Part shown: positions 1 through 13,728 of the stretch, piece by piece
Layout of the letters: each line of letters begins with the position of its first letter
How positions within the stretch are numbered: the first letter of the stretch is position 1
Assembly (NCBI GenBank): GCA_964057225.1
Contig: OZ059898.1
Coordinates: forward strand, 13,516,001-13,580,000
Direction: 5' to 3'
DNA from: Auanema rhodensis
Taxonomy: Eukaryota > Animalia > Nematoda
DNA length: 64,000 nucleotides
Position numbers and translations under genes: made by a program
Notes under the pieces: model-generated
Told to the model about the DNA's origin: nothing
Seen by the model: only the letters and a program-made list of their open reading frames with translations
Databases searched by the model: none

Positions 1-493
1 TATAGTTCCTCAGCTAAAATGTTTATATCAAATTGTTTTCCTGAAGATTTCATCTTACTCACCATGTACTATTCTTTGTTTCATACTATATCTCATGTTA
101 CAACCAGCATTGTAACAGGCGTCAGATTGAAGCCATGCTTGTCAGCATGCAACATCATCACGTACTAGCATTATTCCAGCTAATTTTTCAACTTATTCAA
201 CATTTTTAGAATGCAGTTAGACTTTTAATCAGATGTTGTAAACTAAAGAATAGCTTTTTTTCATTATTCCCAAACATGTTGACATCAACTACTAACGATA
301 TTATCTGATATTTCATATATAGAAGTTTTTTTCGCCCATTTTACATCACAACTCCTTTCTGTCTTCATTCAGCTGCCAAACTAACTTTGATTGTCTCTTC
401 ATTCCAAGGAAATTATTATTAGAAATTGTTTCTTCATCAATTTCTTTTGTTTAAACTTTTTTATTTTTATTTTTCTTTTTTTTTATAGAAATT

Positions 494-1134
494 ATGCAGA
501 AATTTATTGTTTTTTCAACTTTAATTGTTTGTACACTTGGCGCAGTTGCTCAATATCCAGTTAAGGTTTGTTGTCTTTTTCAATATTTCTTTTTCATTTT
601 ATTATTTTTTAAAACTTTTATATTTAATTTAATAATTTTTAAAACTTTTATTTATCTTATTGATCGTCATTATAAACATTTTTATAGGTAGGAGAGAATG
701 TTGTTCTGGATTTAGGTCCACAAATCAAAACATGGCAACGTGAACGTAAAGGAAGTTCTACGGAAACATTAAAGTATTGTCCAACAGCAAAACGAGCTAC
801 AGATAAGAAATGTACACAATTTGTAGATGAGGTACTGAACTTTAGCTTTTAAAATCTTTTTTTTTGTTTAAATTCAAATATTATTTAAATAGAAAGGAAA
901 ACTTACTGGATCAAAAGCTGTTGTTTATTCAAATGGTACATTGATCTTTGACAGCTTTACAAAAGCTGATTCTGGCAGCTATTTTTCTAAGGATGAAAGA
1001 GAACGTGTAAGTTTGATGATATTCTGGAAACTCATTTTTATATTTTTAATTATATATTTTAGGTTCATCAGAACGCTGATGGTTCATACTGGGCTCTTCC
1101 ACGCTCTTTAATCAATGTATTCATTTCTGATTAA
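494..1134 (+). CDS. Small secreted Ig-like protein, 4 exons (494-565, 688-831, 893-1006, 1063-1134)
   Basis: Signal peptide MQKFIVFSTLIVCTLGAVAQ. GT-AG introns join in frame to VGENVVLDLG...W...YC...CTQFVDE-KGKLTGSKAVVYSNGTLIF...DSGSY, which contains Ig-like NGTL and DSGxY motifs. TAA at 1132-1134. Confidence 0.75.
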
Positions 1135-1697
1135 TTCAATTACAAATATATGTATATTTGTATAAATATAAAACAAAATAATAATTTTAACTATATTCAT
1201 ATATTATATATATTAAATTATATTAATATTTTATAATAACGGCCTTCCATTTGAAGAATAAATCATTTAATTTCATTTAATATTTACAAAGATTTACCAT
1301 CTCTACGTGTATTTGGCGTTAACCACACGTCATATCTTCGTCAATTGACTTTAACGTACGTGAGTATATTCACGTGAATTGAATCAAGTTATTTTCAATT
1401 ATTTTGGAAGCTGAAACGGTTGCATTTTCCTAAACGAGCAGAAGAAGCTTAATGTCTTCGAAAATCAAGAGTTAATCACTTACAGGATTATCTATGACTC
1501 AATGAAATAATTGAATTTTAATTGAAAATGCATGTATAACATAGACATTTATGTCAATGAATCTCTTCAACTATTCAGTTTCAGCCAATAAATTTTCATC
1601 AGAGAATCTTCTGTTTCATTACTATTGCATTGAAACATTTTTGGTTATTTTTCTTTTTCTTCTTCAGACAAAACTGATATTTTTTACTTCATGAATT

Positions 1698-2511
1698 ATG
1701 TCATTTAATTCATCTGATGTGCCAAGTTCGCTATATTCATTGGTTGATGAACACGGTGGTGGCATCTTAGCTCCATGGATTAAATATGCCAGATCATCTG
1801 GAGATTATAGTATTTTAGAAGAATATTTAGATACATCTGTATGTTGTTTAGGCTTAAAATTTTAATAAATAATCTTATTTTTATTTTTTTGATAGGTTAA
1901 ATCATATTTATACAATGGTGGTAAAGGAAAGCTTGTATCTATTGCCGAACTTGTTAGTATACGGTAAGTATTTAGAATTCAACTCAAGAAAAATTTATAA
2001 AAAGGTTTTTTAAAGTTGGTTTATGGTGTTTGTTTTAGAAATAAACAAAGAAATGCAATGCTTGGAGCTTTGCGAAGGAAAAAGGGTCGAGGTAAAAGTG
2101 GGCCAAATATCTTGGATGACATAGATCAAGAAATATTTGATTCAAGGGATTTTTTAAAAGGTTTTTCAAAAATAAGTTAGCAGAAGAATACTTTCTATGA
2201 TTATGATTAAGCTTTAAAAATTCTTGATGGAACTCATATACGTGGACATCGGTGTTTCAAATACCGTGAATTGGTTTGGGATATTCAACAACGTGGTAAA
2301 GCTTTTATATTTTTCAAATATCTTATAACTTTTCAAGGAAAAATGGGTGAATGCTTATTACATATCTGTTTACTTCATAATACAGCTGATATGAATGAAT
2401 TAGCTAGACAAATTGTTACAAGATATCCAAAAATGGTTAATGATATCTTCATTTCTGAAGAATATTACGGTGGGTTGAATATTGATTGCTGCCTCCGAGC
2501 TAAAATACTAA

Positions 2512-2569
<58 letters not shown>

Positions 2570-5500
2570 CTCTCTTTCTCTCTCGTTTCATCATTTTCTC
2601 TAGGATTATCACCTTTACATCAAGCTATAGTTAATGAAGATGTAAATATGGTTTACTTCTTATGCAAAAAAGGAGCAGATGTACATCAACGGCAATATCA
2701 GCATCATCTATTGATTTTATCATTTTTAAAATTTTAGATGTTATGGATCTTTCTTCTGTTCAGATGATCAAAAAGCTTCAAGAACAGATTCATTAGAACA
2801 TGAATGGGTTGATTTAACTCCAAATACAAGATATAATGGGTAAGAGTATACATACATATATGAATATACTATACTATACTATCTATATGTTAAATATTCA
2901 GTCAAATGTACTGGGGAGAATATCCTTTATCATTTGCTGCTTGTACTAATCAAATTGATACATTTCGACTATTAAAAGCGTTTAAAGCTGATTTGAATAT
3001 GGCTGATACAAATGGAAATACAGTATTACATTTAGCTGTTATACATGATTTACCAGTTTGTTATTCTATATTTATATTTATTATATAAATTATAATATTT
3101 CAAAGGATATGTTTAAATTGGCTTATGATAATGGTGCAAGTTTATGTGTATCTAATAATCTTAATTTAACTCCTTTAGCATTATCAGCTAGATTAGCTAA
3201 TAAGAGAGTTAGTTTATAAATATTTTTTTTTTATAATTTTTAATTATTATTTCAGATGTTTGATCTAATTTTAGATTTAGAGGCTACATGTGCTTGGAGA
3301 TATCGTGATATTGTTTGTAAAGAATATCCATTAGCTAATATTGATACTATACGTGAGGATGATGGAACTCTTAATCCTAATTCAGTTTTAGCTAATGTCG
3401 TTTATGGGGTATCACATCTACTTTCTCTCTTTTTGTTTTTTCTTTCCATTTTTTTTAAATTTGAAAAATTGAAAATGAACTAACGCTATATCTCATTGGA
3501 ATATACGTACGTGGAATTGTTGTATGATGATGAGCTTTATACATCGAAATCATTTATTTAATTTTGAATATTGTAGACATACGGTTGTATCAGAATTTTT
3601 ATTTAATATTTCAATTATAAGAATTTACAATTAATTATTTAGGATAAGCCTGATCATTTGGATTTTTTTGATGGATTAATGGAAGAAGTACTCGAACGAA
3701 AATGGCAAGCTTTTGGTAAACGAAGGTGATTTCTTGGAAAAATTCAAAATTAATTTAATTTTGTTTTTTAGATTATTTTTATCTTTATTTGGTTATTTAT
3801 ACTTTCTTCTAGTATTTTTTACATCATTTATGACAAGAGATGTAAGAGAATCCGTAAGTTTAACGATTCTTTTTCAATTATATTTCAATTTCAAATTAAT
3901 TTTTTATAATTTACATTACAGTATGAAGAAGAAGAAGATGTAGATATAGATGATGTTGTAAAGAATATGAGTGATATATATAGTGATTTGGTTATAACAA
4001 TTCAAGAATTATCGTTTATTCAACGATATGGTAATGAAGTTCCTCTTCCATCACAATGTCATCTCTGGAATTATTCAAAAGATCGAAAACAGATGGTTTT
4101 TTAACATTTTTTATGAGCATAATCCTAAGCTTTAGGTTCGATTTGCAGCCGAAATATTATCAGTTATTGCTGTTATTATTCGAACAATGAAAGATATTGT
4201 GGATATACAAAGAACTGGTTATTTAAGATGGTGGAATACTGTGGTAATTATTCAAAATAATATAATAAATAAATAAAATATAATTATTTTATATTTAGAA
4301 AGCATTTCCTGAAAAGGTTTTACATAAATTTTCACAAATGCTCATATTCCTTATGATTCCTATAAGAATGATGTGCTATTTCCATGATGTAAGTTATGCT
4401 GGCTTAAGTAGCATTTTTATAAAAAAAATTATAAAATATTCGTTTTAAATGTATAATTAGCATATGTTATAGATTATGCTTGTTATTGAAAATATTATAG
4501 CCGTTTGCGTTGTTCTTATGTCAACTATGCATTTCCTATTTTATTGCCGGTAATTATAATTAATTTATTTTATTTTTATATTATATTATATATAATATAT
4601 ATAATTTTCTTACATATATGTATTTATAAAATAATTTTAAAAATATATTTAGAGGATTAAAGTTTGTCGGACCATTTGTATTAATGGTTTATAAGATTAT
4701 AATTGGAGATATGCTTCGATTTCTATTCATATATTCATTCTTTATGCTGGGTTTTGCACAAGGTTTACTATATTTAATATAAAATAATATAAATATACAA
4801 ATATTTTTAGCATTTTATGTAATATTCTATTCATGTCAAAGAGCAGAATTAGATTTTCAGAAACAAAATAATTATTCATCACAAATGGATTATCCAACAA
4901 AGTTTCAAATTATTATTTTATTATTTTTATAATTTAATTTATAAAATTTTAATTTTTAGATTTGAAAATATTATGTCAACACCATGGGAATCCTTAATGC
5001 GAATGTTTATCATGAGTGTTGGAGAATTTGGAGCATTTTATAAGAATATTAATGATTGTAAACATTCAATTGCTGTACAAGGAAAAGTATTTTTTGACAT
5101 TTAAAATTCTTTAGAAAACCTAAGTTTTCAGATATTTTTTACTTTATATGAATTATTAGTTACTATTATGCTACTTAATCTACTTATTGCTATGATGACA
5201 AGAACATACGAAAAGATTGCTGAAACTGAAAAAGAATGGAAACGTCAAGTTTGTTTATGTTGATATTAAAAAACGAAGTCGAAATCAAGTTGAGATCAAA
5301 GTAAGACAAGTTTTCAATAATACCGCTTTAGCTCATAAAAGTTTCGTTGAGCAGAAAAGAATTATAATTGTTGTTAGCTATTTCATGTATTATGGCTCAT
5401 ACTTTAAACTTATTAAACTTAACCAGAAGAATATTTCGTAAACTTATAAAACTTTTTATTGCAAACTCCATGTCCAGATGATTACAAAGACAAAACCATT

Positions 5501-6084
5501 TACTGATAACTGCTTCTCTCTCAAATAGAAATTATTCTCATTTCGTATAATCAATCCACCTACGTAAAGAAATTCTTTTTCCATGATAAGATACACGGAA
5601 ATGAATTTGGGTTTTACTATTTCATCTTCTTCTTTACCTTTTCACCTGATAAGTAGTACTTATGATAACATATTATATCATATTGATGGCATATAAACAT
5701 GAATCAGCCAAGTTTTAAAGGAAAATAAGAAATTTTGTTTTGAAACAACAATCATTCATTTCAGTGGGCTCAAGTTATAGTCATGCTTGAACAATCTCTA
5801 TCACCTTATGAACGATTAATGGCTATGTTCAGCTATTCACGTCCAATTCGTAGCGATAAACGTCGTCGAGCATTTATAGTTCGTTTGAAACAAGCGGTAT
5901 AATTTTATTTTATAATTTTGTTATTTTTTGCATTTGCCAAGCAAAAGTTGTGAATGCTGGATTACACCCACTTGGCTTATTACAGACAAATGCTGAACCT
6001 ACGGGCCACTTCGAATTCATTGGCAAGAAGCAGAGCATTCGTTTATCTCAGAACAGCCATTTACATGTAGCAGGACTTCGCTAA
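1698..6084 (+). CDS. ocr-3: TRPV cation channel, OCR family (most like OCR-3), multi-exon
   Basis: Ankyrin repeats ([52 protein letters not shown]), [17 protein letters not shown], pore region [22 protein letters not shown] and TRP-box EWKRQWAQ. The family is clear; the paralog assignment is from memory. Confidence 0.85.
2514..2561 (+). repeat. (CT)n microsatellite in a TRPV intron
   Basis: Uninterrupted CT dinucleotide run. Confidence 0.95.
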
Positions 6085-6702
6085 TACATTTATATAAAGC
6101 CATCATTACCGTATTAACTATATTGACTATGCATTATATATAGCTATAAGCTATTATTTTATAATTTTATAATTAAAAACGAATAAAACTCAATCCGCAT
6201 TCCTTACATTCTAAACATAATTTGATAAACACTTTATGTCTTTTAACATCCTTTTCCAGAAAAAAAAAACTTTTTATATTGAAAAGAAGCAATTTTATCA
6301 TTTTTTACAAATATTAATAGACATAAAAAATACAAAAAAAACTTCTTTTGATCTTTAATTATCTGAAAAATTCAAAATACAAAACTGTACAAAGAAAGCC
6401 TGTAATGTGATGAACTGTTCATCAAAGTAATAGAAGCTACCTGAAGTATTGAGAAAAAATGAATTGTGCGAGAGCTACAAAGTATTTCAATTTTTTCTTC
6501 ATCACTTTTACTGATAAATAACTGATATCTTATCATAATTTGTAATTTATTATTTAATTACTGACTTATGATTACATAAACGATTAGTTTTTAAAGATTT
6601 CATTGAAGCAGCATTATCAAGTTGATATTCTTCTATATTTACTACGAACACTGTCATCCTACTTACATTATATTCGTGTATATCTTCTATACAAATATAA
6701 TT

Positions 6703-7335
6703 ATGAATTCAAATATTTTATGTTATATTCTTTTATTTATTATAACAATTAATTATATAACATGTAAACCTCATCATATTGAATCTGTAAGTTAACTATA
6801 CATATATGTATATTAGGTAGTCAAAATGATACGTAGCCTCTCCCCTTTCCAAAAACTTAAAAAAAACATGAAAATGCTAAAATGTTTATTTTTTAAAGTA
6901 ATTTCCTGATTGTTCTACTGAAAAATATCTTAGATATAGATTGACAAAAATTTTTAAAAAATTAATGGGGTGGGGGGCTACGAATCATCTGACCACCTAT
7001 ATATGTAAGTATATAGATTTGTTTTTTTATTTCAACTCTTATAGCATATGCCCATTATGCATAGTAAACAAATGAAAGATTCTGCAGCTTTTCAATTACA
7101 AGATAAAGATATTATTGTTAATCGAAGGTTAGTCAATAGGATAATTAATCAAAATTCAAAAATTATCAATTGTACTGTATTTAATACAGTAATAAATAGC
7201 ATAATAGTATGATGAATATATTACAGTGGAGAACCTTTTCATTTTCAACGACATGTTAGACATTTGAACAATCATCAGAATCATCATCACAGAAAAATAA
7301 TAATTTATCGGAAAAACTCAACATTACTTATTTAA
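6703..7335 (+). CDS. Small secreted His/Arg-rich peptide, 3 exons (6703-6786, 7045-7127, 7227-7335)
   Basis: MNSNILCYILLFIITINYITC signal peptide. Canonical GT-AG introns give ...KPHHIES-HMPIMHSKQMKDSAAFQLQDKDIIVNRS-GEPFHFQRHVRHLNNHQNHHHRKIIIYRKNSTLLI*. AATAAA near 7388. Confidence 0.65.
6814..6999. mobile_element. MITE (~185 bp, TA-flanked, Tc1/mariner-superfamily-like) in intron 1 of the His-rich peptide gene
   Basis: Imperfect ~30-bp terminal inverted repeats: TAGGTAGTCAAAATGATACGTAGCC on the left; the reverse complement of the right end reads TAGGTGGTCAGATGATTCGTAGCC. Confidence 0.7.
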
Positions 7336-7597
7336 TTATTGATTTAAATTATATTCATATTATATATTATAAAATTGATCTCAAATGAATAAAGTTCATA
7401 AATTTGAAAATTAGAACTTAGCGTCAATCACGTGAATTTAGAATATCATTTTAATTTTGAAAAGACGTGAAAACGGTTGTATACTGTTAACTATACAAAC
7501 TATTTTTTTAATTATTCTAATTATAATGAAATGAAAGAAGGTTAGAAATCTTTATTCATATAGATGTTACAAGATGAATATCATTGATTCTTCTTTC

Positions 7598-7948
7598 TTA
7601 CCAACCGTTGGCATCCCAGCACTTCATGGTCTTGTTGAATTCTTTGACAGTCATACAACACCTAGAATGAAATCAAGTTAGAACTTGAAGTCAAAACTTG
7701 AAGCTTTACATGTAGTAGTTGTTGTTACAGTTGTGCATCTGAATATCAAGACATCTCTTATAACACTTGTCAGCACACATGGTTTCTCTCCAGCTGAAAA
7801 GCTCAAAGTAAGGTTAGAAATTCAGAAGACACAACGTTTGGGGGATGGAAGCTTCACAGTTGGATCCAGCAAGAGTTCCGTGACAGTAGTCAACGCAGGA
7901 AGCATAGGCAGCAGCAATGCAGACAGCAAGAACGATGAGGAGTTTCAT
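7598..7948 (-). CDS. 10-Cys secreted peptide, copy A (86 aa, 3 exons)
   Basis: Reverse complement of copy B, with intact ATG, both introns and TAA. Confidence 0.85.
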
Positions 7949-8400
7949 TCTGAAAGTTTGAGTTTCAAGTTAGAAGGTTGGAAAGTTGGAAGCTGAAAAG
8001 GTGAAGGATATGCTGGATGATGATGATGATCTGATGTTTAACTGCTTAAATACATAATTTTAATCTTTTTTGAACTTTTAATAGAAAAAAGAAATTTGTT
8101 TTTCAATAGATCTCATGCTGGCTTGTAAACAGTGGGAGCTCTTTAACGCCTACTTAGTGATACAAGTTTGTATAAAATTCTTTTTGATATCAAAGTTTAA
8201 AATAAAGTTTTATAACCAAATTATAAAACTTTTATTTTATTCTATATAGTATAATATATATTAAAATTTTTATTAAAATTACAATCATGTATATAAGCAG
8301 TTAACAGTTAAACATCAGATCATCATCATCATCCATCATAACCTTCTCCTTTTCAGCTTCCAACTTTCCAACCTTCTAACTTGAAACTCAAACTTTCAGA

Positions 8401-8751
8401 ATGAAACTCCTCATTGTTCTTGCTGTCTGCATTGCTGCTGCCTATGCTTCCTGCGTTGACTACTGTCACGGAACTCTTGCTGGATCCAACTGTGAAGCTT
8501 CCATCCCCCAAACGTTGTGTCTTCTGAATTTCTAACCTTACTTTGAGCTTTTCAGCTGGAGAGAAACCATGTGTGCTGACAAGTGTTATAAGAGATGTCT
8601 TGATATTCAGATGCACAACTGTAACAACAACTACTACATGTAAAGCTTCAAGTTTTGACTTCAAGTTCTAACTTGATTTCATTCTAGGTGTTGTATGACT
8701 GTCAAAGAATTCAACAAGACCATGAAGTGCTGGGATGCCAACGGTTGGTAA
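8401..8751 (+). CDS. 10-Cys secreted peptide, copy B (exons 8401-8513, 8556-8639, 8688-8751)
   Basis: TATATAA near 8290, TTTCAG acceptor directly before the ATG, and 42- and 48-nt GT-AG introns. Product MKLLIVLAVCIAAAYA-SCVDYCHGTLAGSNCEASIPQTWRETMCADKCYKRCLDIQMHNCNNNYYMCCMTVKEFNKTMKCWDANGW*. AATAAA at 8793. Confidence 0.88.
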
Positions 8752-9021
8752 GAAAGAAGAATCAATGATATTCATCTTGTAACATCTATATGAATAAAGA
8801 TTTCTAACCTTCTTTCATTTCATTATAATTAGAATAATTAAAAAAATAGTTTGTATAGTTAACAGTATACAACCGCTTTCACGTCTTTTCAAAATTAAAA
8901 TGATATTCTAAATTCACGTGATTGACGCTAAGTTCTAATTTTCAAATTTATGAACTTTATTCATTTGAGATCAATTTTATAATATATAATATGAATATAA
9001 TTTAAATCAATAATTAAATAA

Positions 9022-10131
9022 AAGTTCCAGGCCCTCCTCCCGCCCCCGCTGTTTCTCTCCGGCTTAAAAAAATGGGGAAAATTCACAAAATTTCTCCGTT
9101 TCCCCCCCCCCCCCCATGTCTCGTCTGAGAGGAATCTTAGGACAAGAGTAACTTTAGCTTAGGATCTTCTGAAATTGAGCCAAAGAAGGGGGTTTTTTAA
9201 AGGGTTGGCGACAGGAGATGAGAAGTGGATTCTCTACTCCAACCAAACCAGGCCAAAGTTTTGGCCCTTTTGTCCATTTTCTGGAATGAAAACGGAGTAC
9301 TCGTGCGAAGGCACAACAAACGCTCCAGGAGCTGGATTGGGAAGTTTTGAAGCATCCCCCTTATTCTCCAGACCTTTGCGCGAACAGTTTACCATCTGTT
9401 TAGGTCCATGGAACATAGTTTGAGAGGGGAAAGCTTCAAAACTATAGGGGAAGTTGAAAATTTTTTTAAAACTTTTTTTGATTCAAAATATAAGTTATTT
9501 TTCAGGAATGGAATTAGAAATCTAGAGAAGAGATGGAAGAAAGTAATAGAAAGGGGGAGGGGAACAATACTTTTGAAAATAAATCTTTTTCGCTTTAAAC
9601 AGATTTTTTATTTTTTTGACATAACACACTATGGCCACGTTTCAATTGACACACCTAATAATAAGTCTTTTTATATCAATAACCTTCTAAAAATGTTGAA
9701 GATTTCAGCGATTTTTCTTTTTTACATCTTCTACAGCGAAATCGAACTCATCCACTCATCATAAATTTTATATTTTCAGCGCAGCACATTTTTTCTTTCG
9801 GTAAAATGTTATAACTTTTCAAAAATTCTATGGACTTGTTCTCAGTTAAGGCAATTTCAATCACTTCCATAAGATTCATTCTTAAAATTATTTCATTTTT
9901 CGAATTAATGACAAAATTTTAAATTAACGGCATTTTTTAAAATTTTTCTACTGCGTGGAGATTTATTTTGAATCCAAATGAAGTGAAAAGACGCCGTTTT
10001 TAAATTAGCGTGCACGTGGAAGAGCAACATCATTTGCATATAGCATACCCTTGCAAGCTAAACGGTGACGGTTATAGCGTAGTCGGTAGTGGTACGGGTA
10101 GGCCAGGAACTTTTGCGTGTGCACACCTAAT
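9022..10131. mobile_element. Degenerate mariner element debris (transposase pseudogene on + strand ~9190-9560, TIR pieces), with a probable Merlin N-terminal fragment on the - strand ~9700-9870
   Basis: Frameshifted motifs TGDEKW, HPPYSPDL and YHLFRSMEHSL...GIRNLEKRWKKVIE. TIR-like AAAGTTCCAGGCC at 9022 and GGCCAGGAACTTTTGCG..CACACCTAAT at 10101-10131. Confidence 0.85.
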
Positions 10132-10628
10132 ATTTATAAATTATTTTTATCATCATCTCATACTTATATCCATATCTGCAACTATATTTATATTTTGAAT
10201 TTTGAATTTCAATTGTTCAAAATACGTTTTTTGTAGAAACATTCATATAGTTTTCTATCTTTTTTCAATTATAATTATTAAAATACAAAATTTAGTTTTT
10301 TTGAATCGATGACATAATATTCATTCATAAATAGATCTTTTTTTGTATCTGTTTTGAAGAAATTTGAAAATTTAAGTTGCGTTATTACAGATCTTTTGAC
10401 GTTTCCGATGAATGCTGGACTAGCCTGTATTCAACTATTTTTTTAAATTTATATTTTCTGAATTCAAATACTATTTTTCAAGTTTTTTTTTAAATATACT
10501 GAAAACTAGTATTTTCTTCTTCTTCACTTTTCTTTTAAAACCAATAGTTGCTACCTGAGAAGTCACAGCGAGCGATAGATCTTTCTACTATATATTATTC
10601 TTTTTTGATTTTTAATATTTCAGTTAAT

Positions 10629-11877
10629 ATGTTAAATTTAATTATTTACTACATATGCATCCCATTAACATTAGGTGGTATATGTATAACATTTTTTTGT
10701 GTTATATTTCATTCTCCAACACAAATGAATAATGAATACAAATTTTTTCTATTTTCACAATGTTTCTGGTAAGTTTTAAGTTTAAAAGTTAAAGTTTCAC
10801 CAAGTTTCTAACTATGTCTTTATAACAAATATATGTTTAAGTGGATTTCTATTCTCGTTCATTGCATCTGGCGCAATACCTACGTTCATAGCACCTTGTC
10901 TCGGTGGATATCCTCGTGGATTTCTGCAATATTCTGGACTTTCTTCATATACCCTATTATCAATACAGATTTTGATCATTCACTGTAAGTATTAGCGACC
11001 ATACGAACTGAAAATAATTCAAATAATAAGATTACGCTGGAATAACCATTCTTATGTTTTATCGTCGATATCAAGCTCTACAAATCAGACCACATAAATA
11101 CTCAAAATATGCAATATATACTATAACATCTATAAAACATTTAGTTATTCCACTTATTTTATTTTTCACTGTCCAGCTAGAAAATATTGATGAAGTTAAG
11201 AGAGATTGTTTAAAGGTTAGATCATATTATAGAAATCTGTGAGCCAAAAAACTAGAACGTAATCAATTTCCAGATATATCCTGGTGATCCTAAAGATATT
11301 TTACAAGAAAAAACAATAGTTATTTTATTTACGAAATCAGGGGTTCCTGTACTAATATTTCTCATACTATGCTTCTTAATTACTATATTATTTTTTATTG
11401 ATATTTGTACATTAGGAGTTCTTACATGGATTAGATTTAATAATATCAAAAGCAGCATTTCTCAACACACTTTAACTTCACATAAAATGTTTATAAAAAT
11501 TAATTTTATTCAGGTTTTCATTATATTAAATAACATTCTTTATAATACAATTAAGGGATTGGTTCTTATCACCGCTACCATGTTGGCTTTTTCCTTCCTG
11601 TGTTTTTCTTTTTTTTTTGTTTCTATTCAAGGTAATCTCGTCATGAGAAATATCATACTTTTCTTTTTATTTCTGCAGAAATTCAAGATTTTTTTTTATC
11701 TACTTTCACACTTTATGCTATATGTGGACCTATGTTAGCATTAAATACAGTACCATCATATCGGAAAGCTATTTTAAATTCATTGAGATTTGATAGGTTA
11801 AATGATAGAATATTCTTATATAATGTATATAATTTAGAAACCCGAAAGAACTAACAACGAAAATAACTTCAACATGA
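10629..11877 (+). CDS. Serpentine 7TM chemoreceptor (Srh/Sri-like, Str superfamily), copy 1
   Basis: Multi-exon hydrophobic protein with CVIFHSPTQMNNEYKFFL, P..P.LGGYPRGFL, YRRYQAL and C-terminal PSYRKAIL motifs. The exons checked join in frame. Confidence 0.75.
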
Positions 11878-12149
11878 AACTTCATAATAACTTCCATTTT
11901 CATATTAAATAATTAATTTACAAAAAATACAACCGCTGTCACGTCTTTTCGAAATTAACATAATACTATAATATCATTTATGTGAATGACGTAAGCATTT
12001 TAAAATAAATAAATCAATAATTTTACAATGAGAGAATTGTTGGGCTCTGCCCCTTCTGCCGAAACGCGCGAAGTTTCACTACCTGGGCTGGAATAAACAT
12101 GTTAATGATCTGAATTTCCTAGTGAGATTTGGCTATGACTTTTCAATTT

Positions 12150-12620
12150 TTCGGATAAACGGTTTATATCGAGCTCGTCGTTGTTGCTAGAAGGAAATAC
12201 AACGGTGGTAAAGTAGTTGGTCGTATTCGGGTATTTGGGGGGATATGTACAGAAACAAAAGCATGTTTTCTTTATACTGTAGAAAATAGGGGGCTCAATG
12301 CTTGAAGACTGCATAAAACATTCAATAGAAGAGGGCAGTACCATCATTTCGTATTGCTGGAAAAGTTATAATAATATATCTAACTTAGACTATACCCACT
12401 TGCCTGTTAACAATAGTAAAAAGTTTGTAGATCCTACGACCGGGGCTAACACTAACATGGTTGAAGGTATGTGGTCTCAGGCAAAAAAAAATTCAAAAAA
12501 TGAATGGGGTACCCAAAGATTTTATTGAGTCTCATCTCTGCAAGTTTATGTATCGCCAGAAAAATAAGAATTGTGACATATTTGATTGTATTTTAAAAGA
12601 CATTGCTTTTTTCTCGAAAA
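12150..12620 (+). mobile_element. Merlin (IS1016/ISXO2-like) DDE transposase fragment, frameshifted
   Basis: RKYNGG..VFGGICTETKACFLYTVENR, IEEGSTIISYCWKSY, THLPVN.SKKFVDPTTGANTNMVEGMW. Confidence 0.8.
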
Positions 12621-12977
12621 ATAACTCTCTCTTCAATTTTCCAAAACGGTTTATGCCAAGCCCATCTACAAGATTTGTTCACAAAAAAGTTCATGCTGTA
12701 GGCACTATATGCCCGGTGAATGTGGATGAGAAGTTTTATTCTGAAAGTTTGTGTTTCAAGTCGGAAGGTTGGAAAGTTGGAAGCTGGAAAGGAGAAGGAT
12801 GCGTCAATCACGTGAATTTAGAATATCATTTTAATTTTGAAGAGACGTGAAAGCGGTTGTATACTGTTAACTATACAAACTATTTTTTAAATTATTTTAA
12901 TTATAATGAAATGAAAGAAGGTTAGAAATCTTTATTCATATAGATGTTACAAGATGAATATCATTGATTCTTCTTTC

Positions 12978-13328
12978 TTACCAACCGTTGGCATCCCAGC
13001 ACTTCATGGTCTTGTTGAATTCTTGGACAGTCATACAGCACCTAGAATGAAATCAAGTTGGAACTTGAAGTAAGAACTTGAAGCTTTACATGTAGTAGTT
13101 GTTGTTACAGTTGTGCATCTGAATATCAAGACATCTCTTATAACACTTGTCAGCACACCAGGTTTCTCTCCAGCTGAAAAGCTCAAAGTAAGGTTAGCAA
13201 CTTAGTAGATACAACGTTTGGGGGATGGAAGCTTCACAGTTGGATCCAGCAAGAGTTCCGTGACAGTAGTCAACACAGGAAGCATAGGCAGCAGCAATGC
13301 AGACAGCAAGAACGATGAGGAGTTTCAT
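12978..13328 (-). CDS. 10-Cys secreted peptide, copy C (W43/Q72 variant)
   Basis: Same 351-nt three-exon structure, intact frame; TATA-like element near 13435 on the - strand. Confidence 0.85.
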
Positions 13329-13728
13329 TCTGAAAGTTTGAGTTTCAAGTTAGAAGGTTGGAAAGTTGGAAGCTGGAAAGGTGAAGGATATGCTGGATGA
13401 TGATGGTAATGATGATCTGTAGCTTATGTGAGGGTTTTTATAGCAAAATATAGAAGATTTCATGCTGTTTTTCATGAAATGAATTACAGAGATGAATTGA
13501 ATACATTTTTTAAACTTTTATTCGTATAAACTATATGTATTTAATATATATTATAATTATATTATATATTTGTATAGTTAACAAACAGCATGAGTTGCAT
13601 CTCCCCGGTTGTAAATTCAGCTATATAAAGCTTTTTTTTAGAGTAGAACATCATCATCATCCAGCATAACCTTCTCCTTTTCAGCTTCCAACTTTCCAAC
13701 CTTCTAACTTGAAACTCAAACTTTCAGA

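Larger units (their letters stand above)
7328..9022. repeat. Large inverted repeat 1: ~720-bp arms (~7328-8052 and ~8295-9022) with a ~240-bp spacer, carrying peptide copies A and B
   Basis: The arms are reverse complements with only a few mismatches. Confidence 0.95.

Noticed and set aside
60-180. Minus-strand TGC-TGA within an otherwise open stretch (possible selenocysteine)
   Set aside because: No recognisable selenoprotein context or SECIS element, and the region is at the window edge.
1611-1618. CTGTTTCA (piRNA Ruby-motif core)
   Set aside because: Isolated occurrence with no cluster; compatible with chance.
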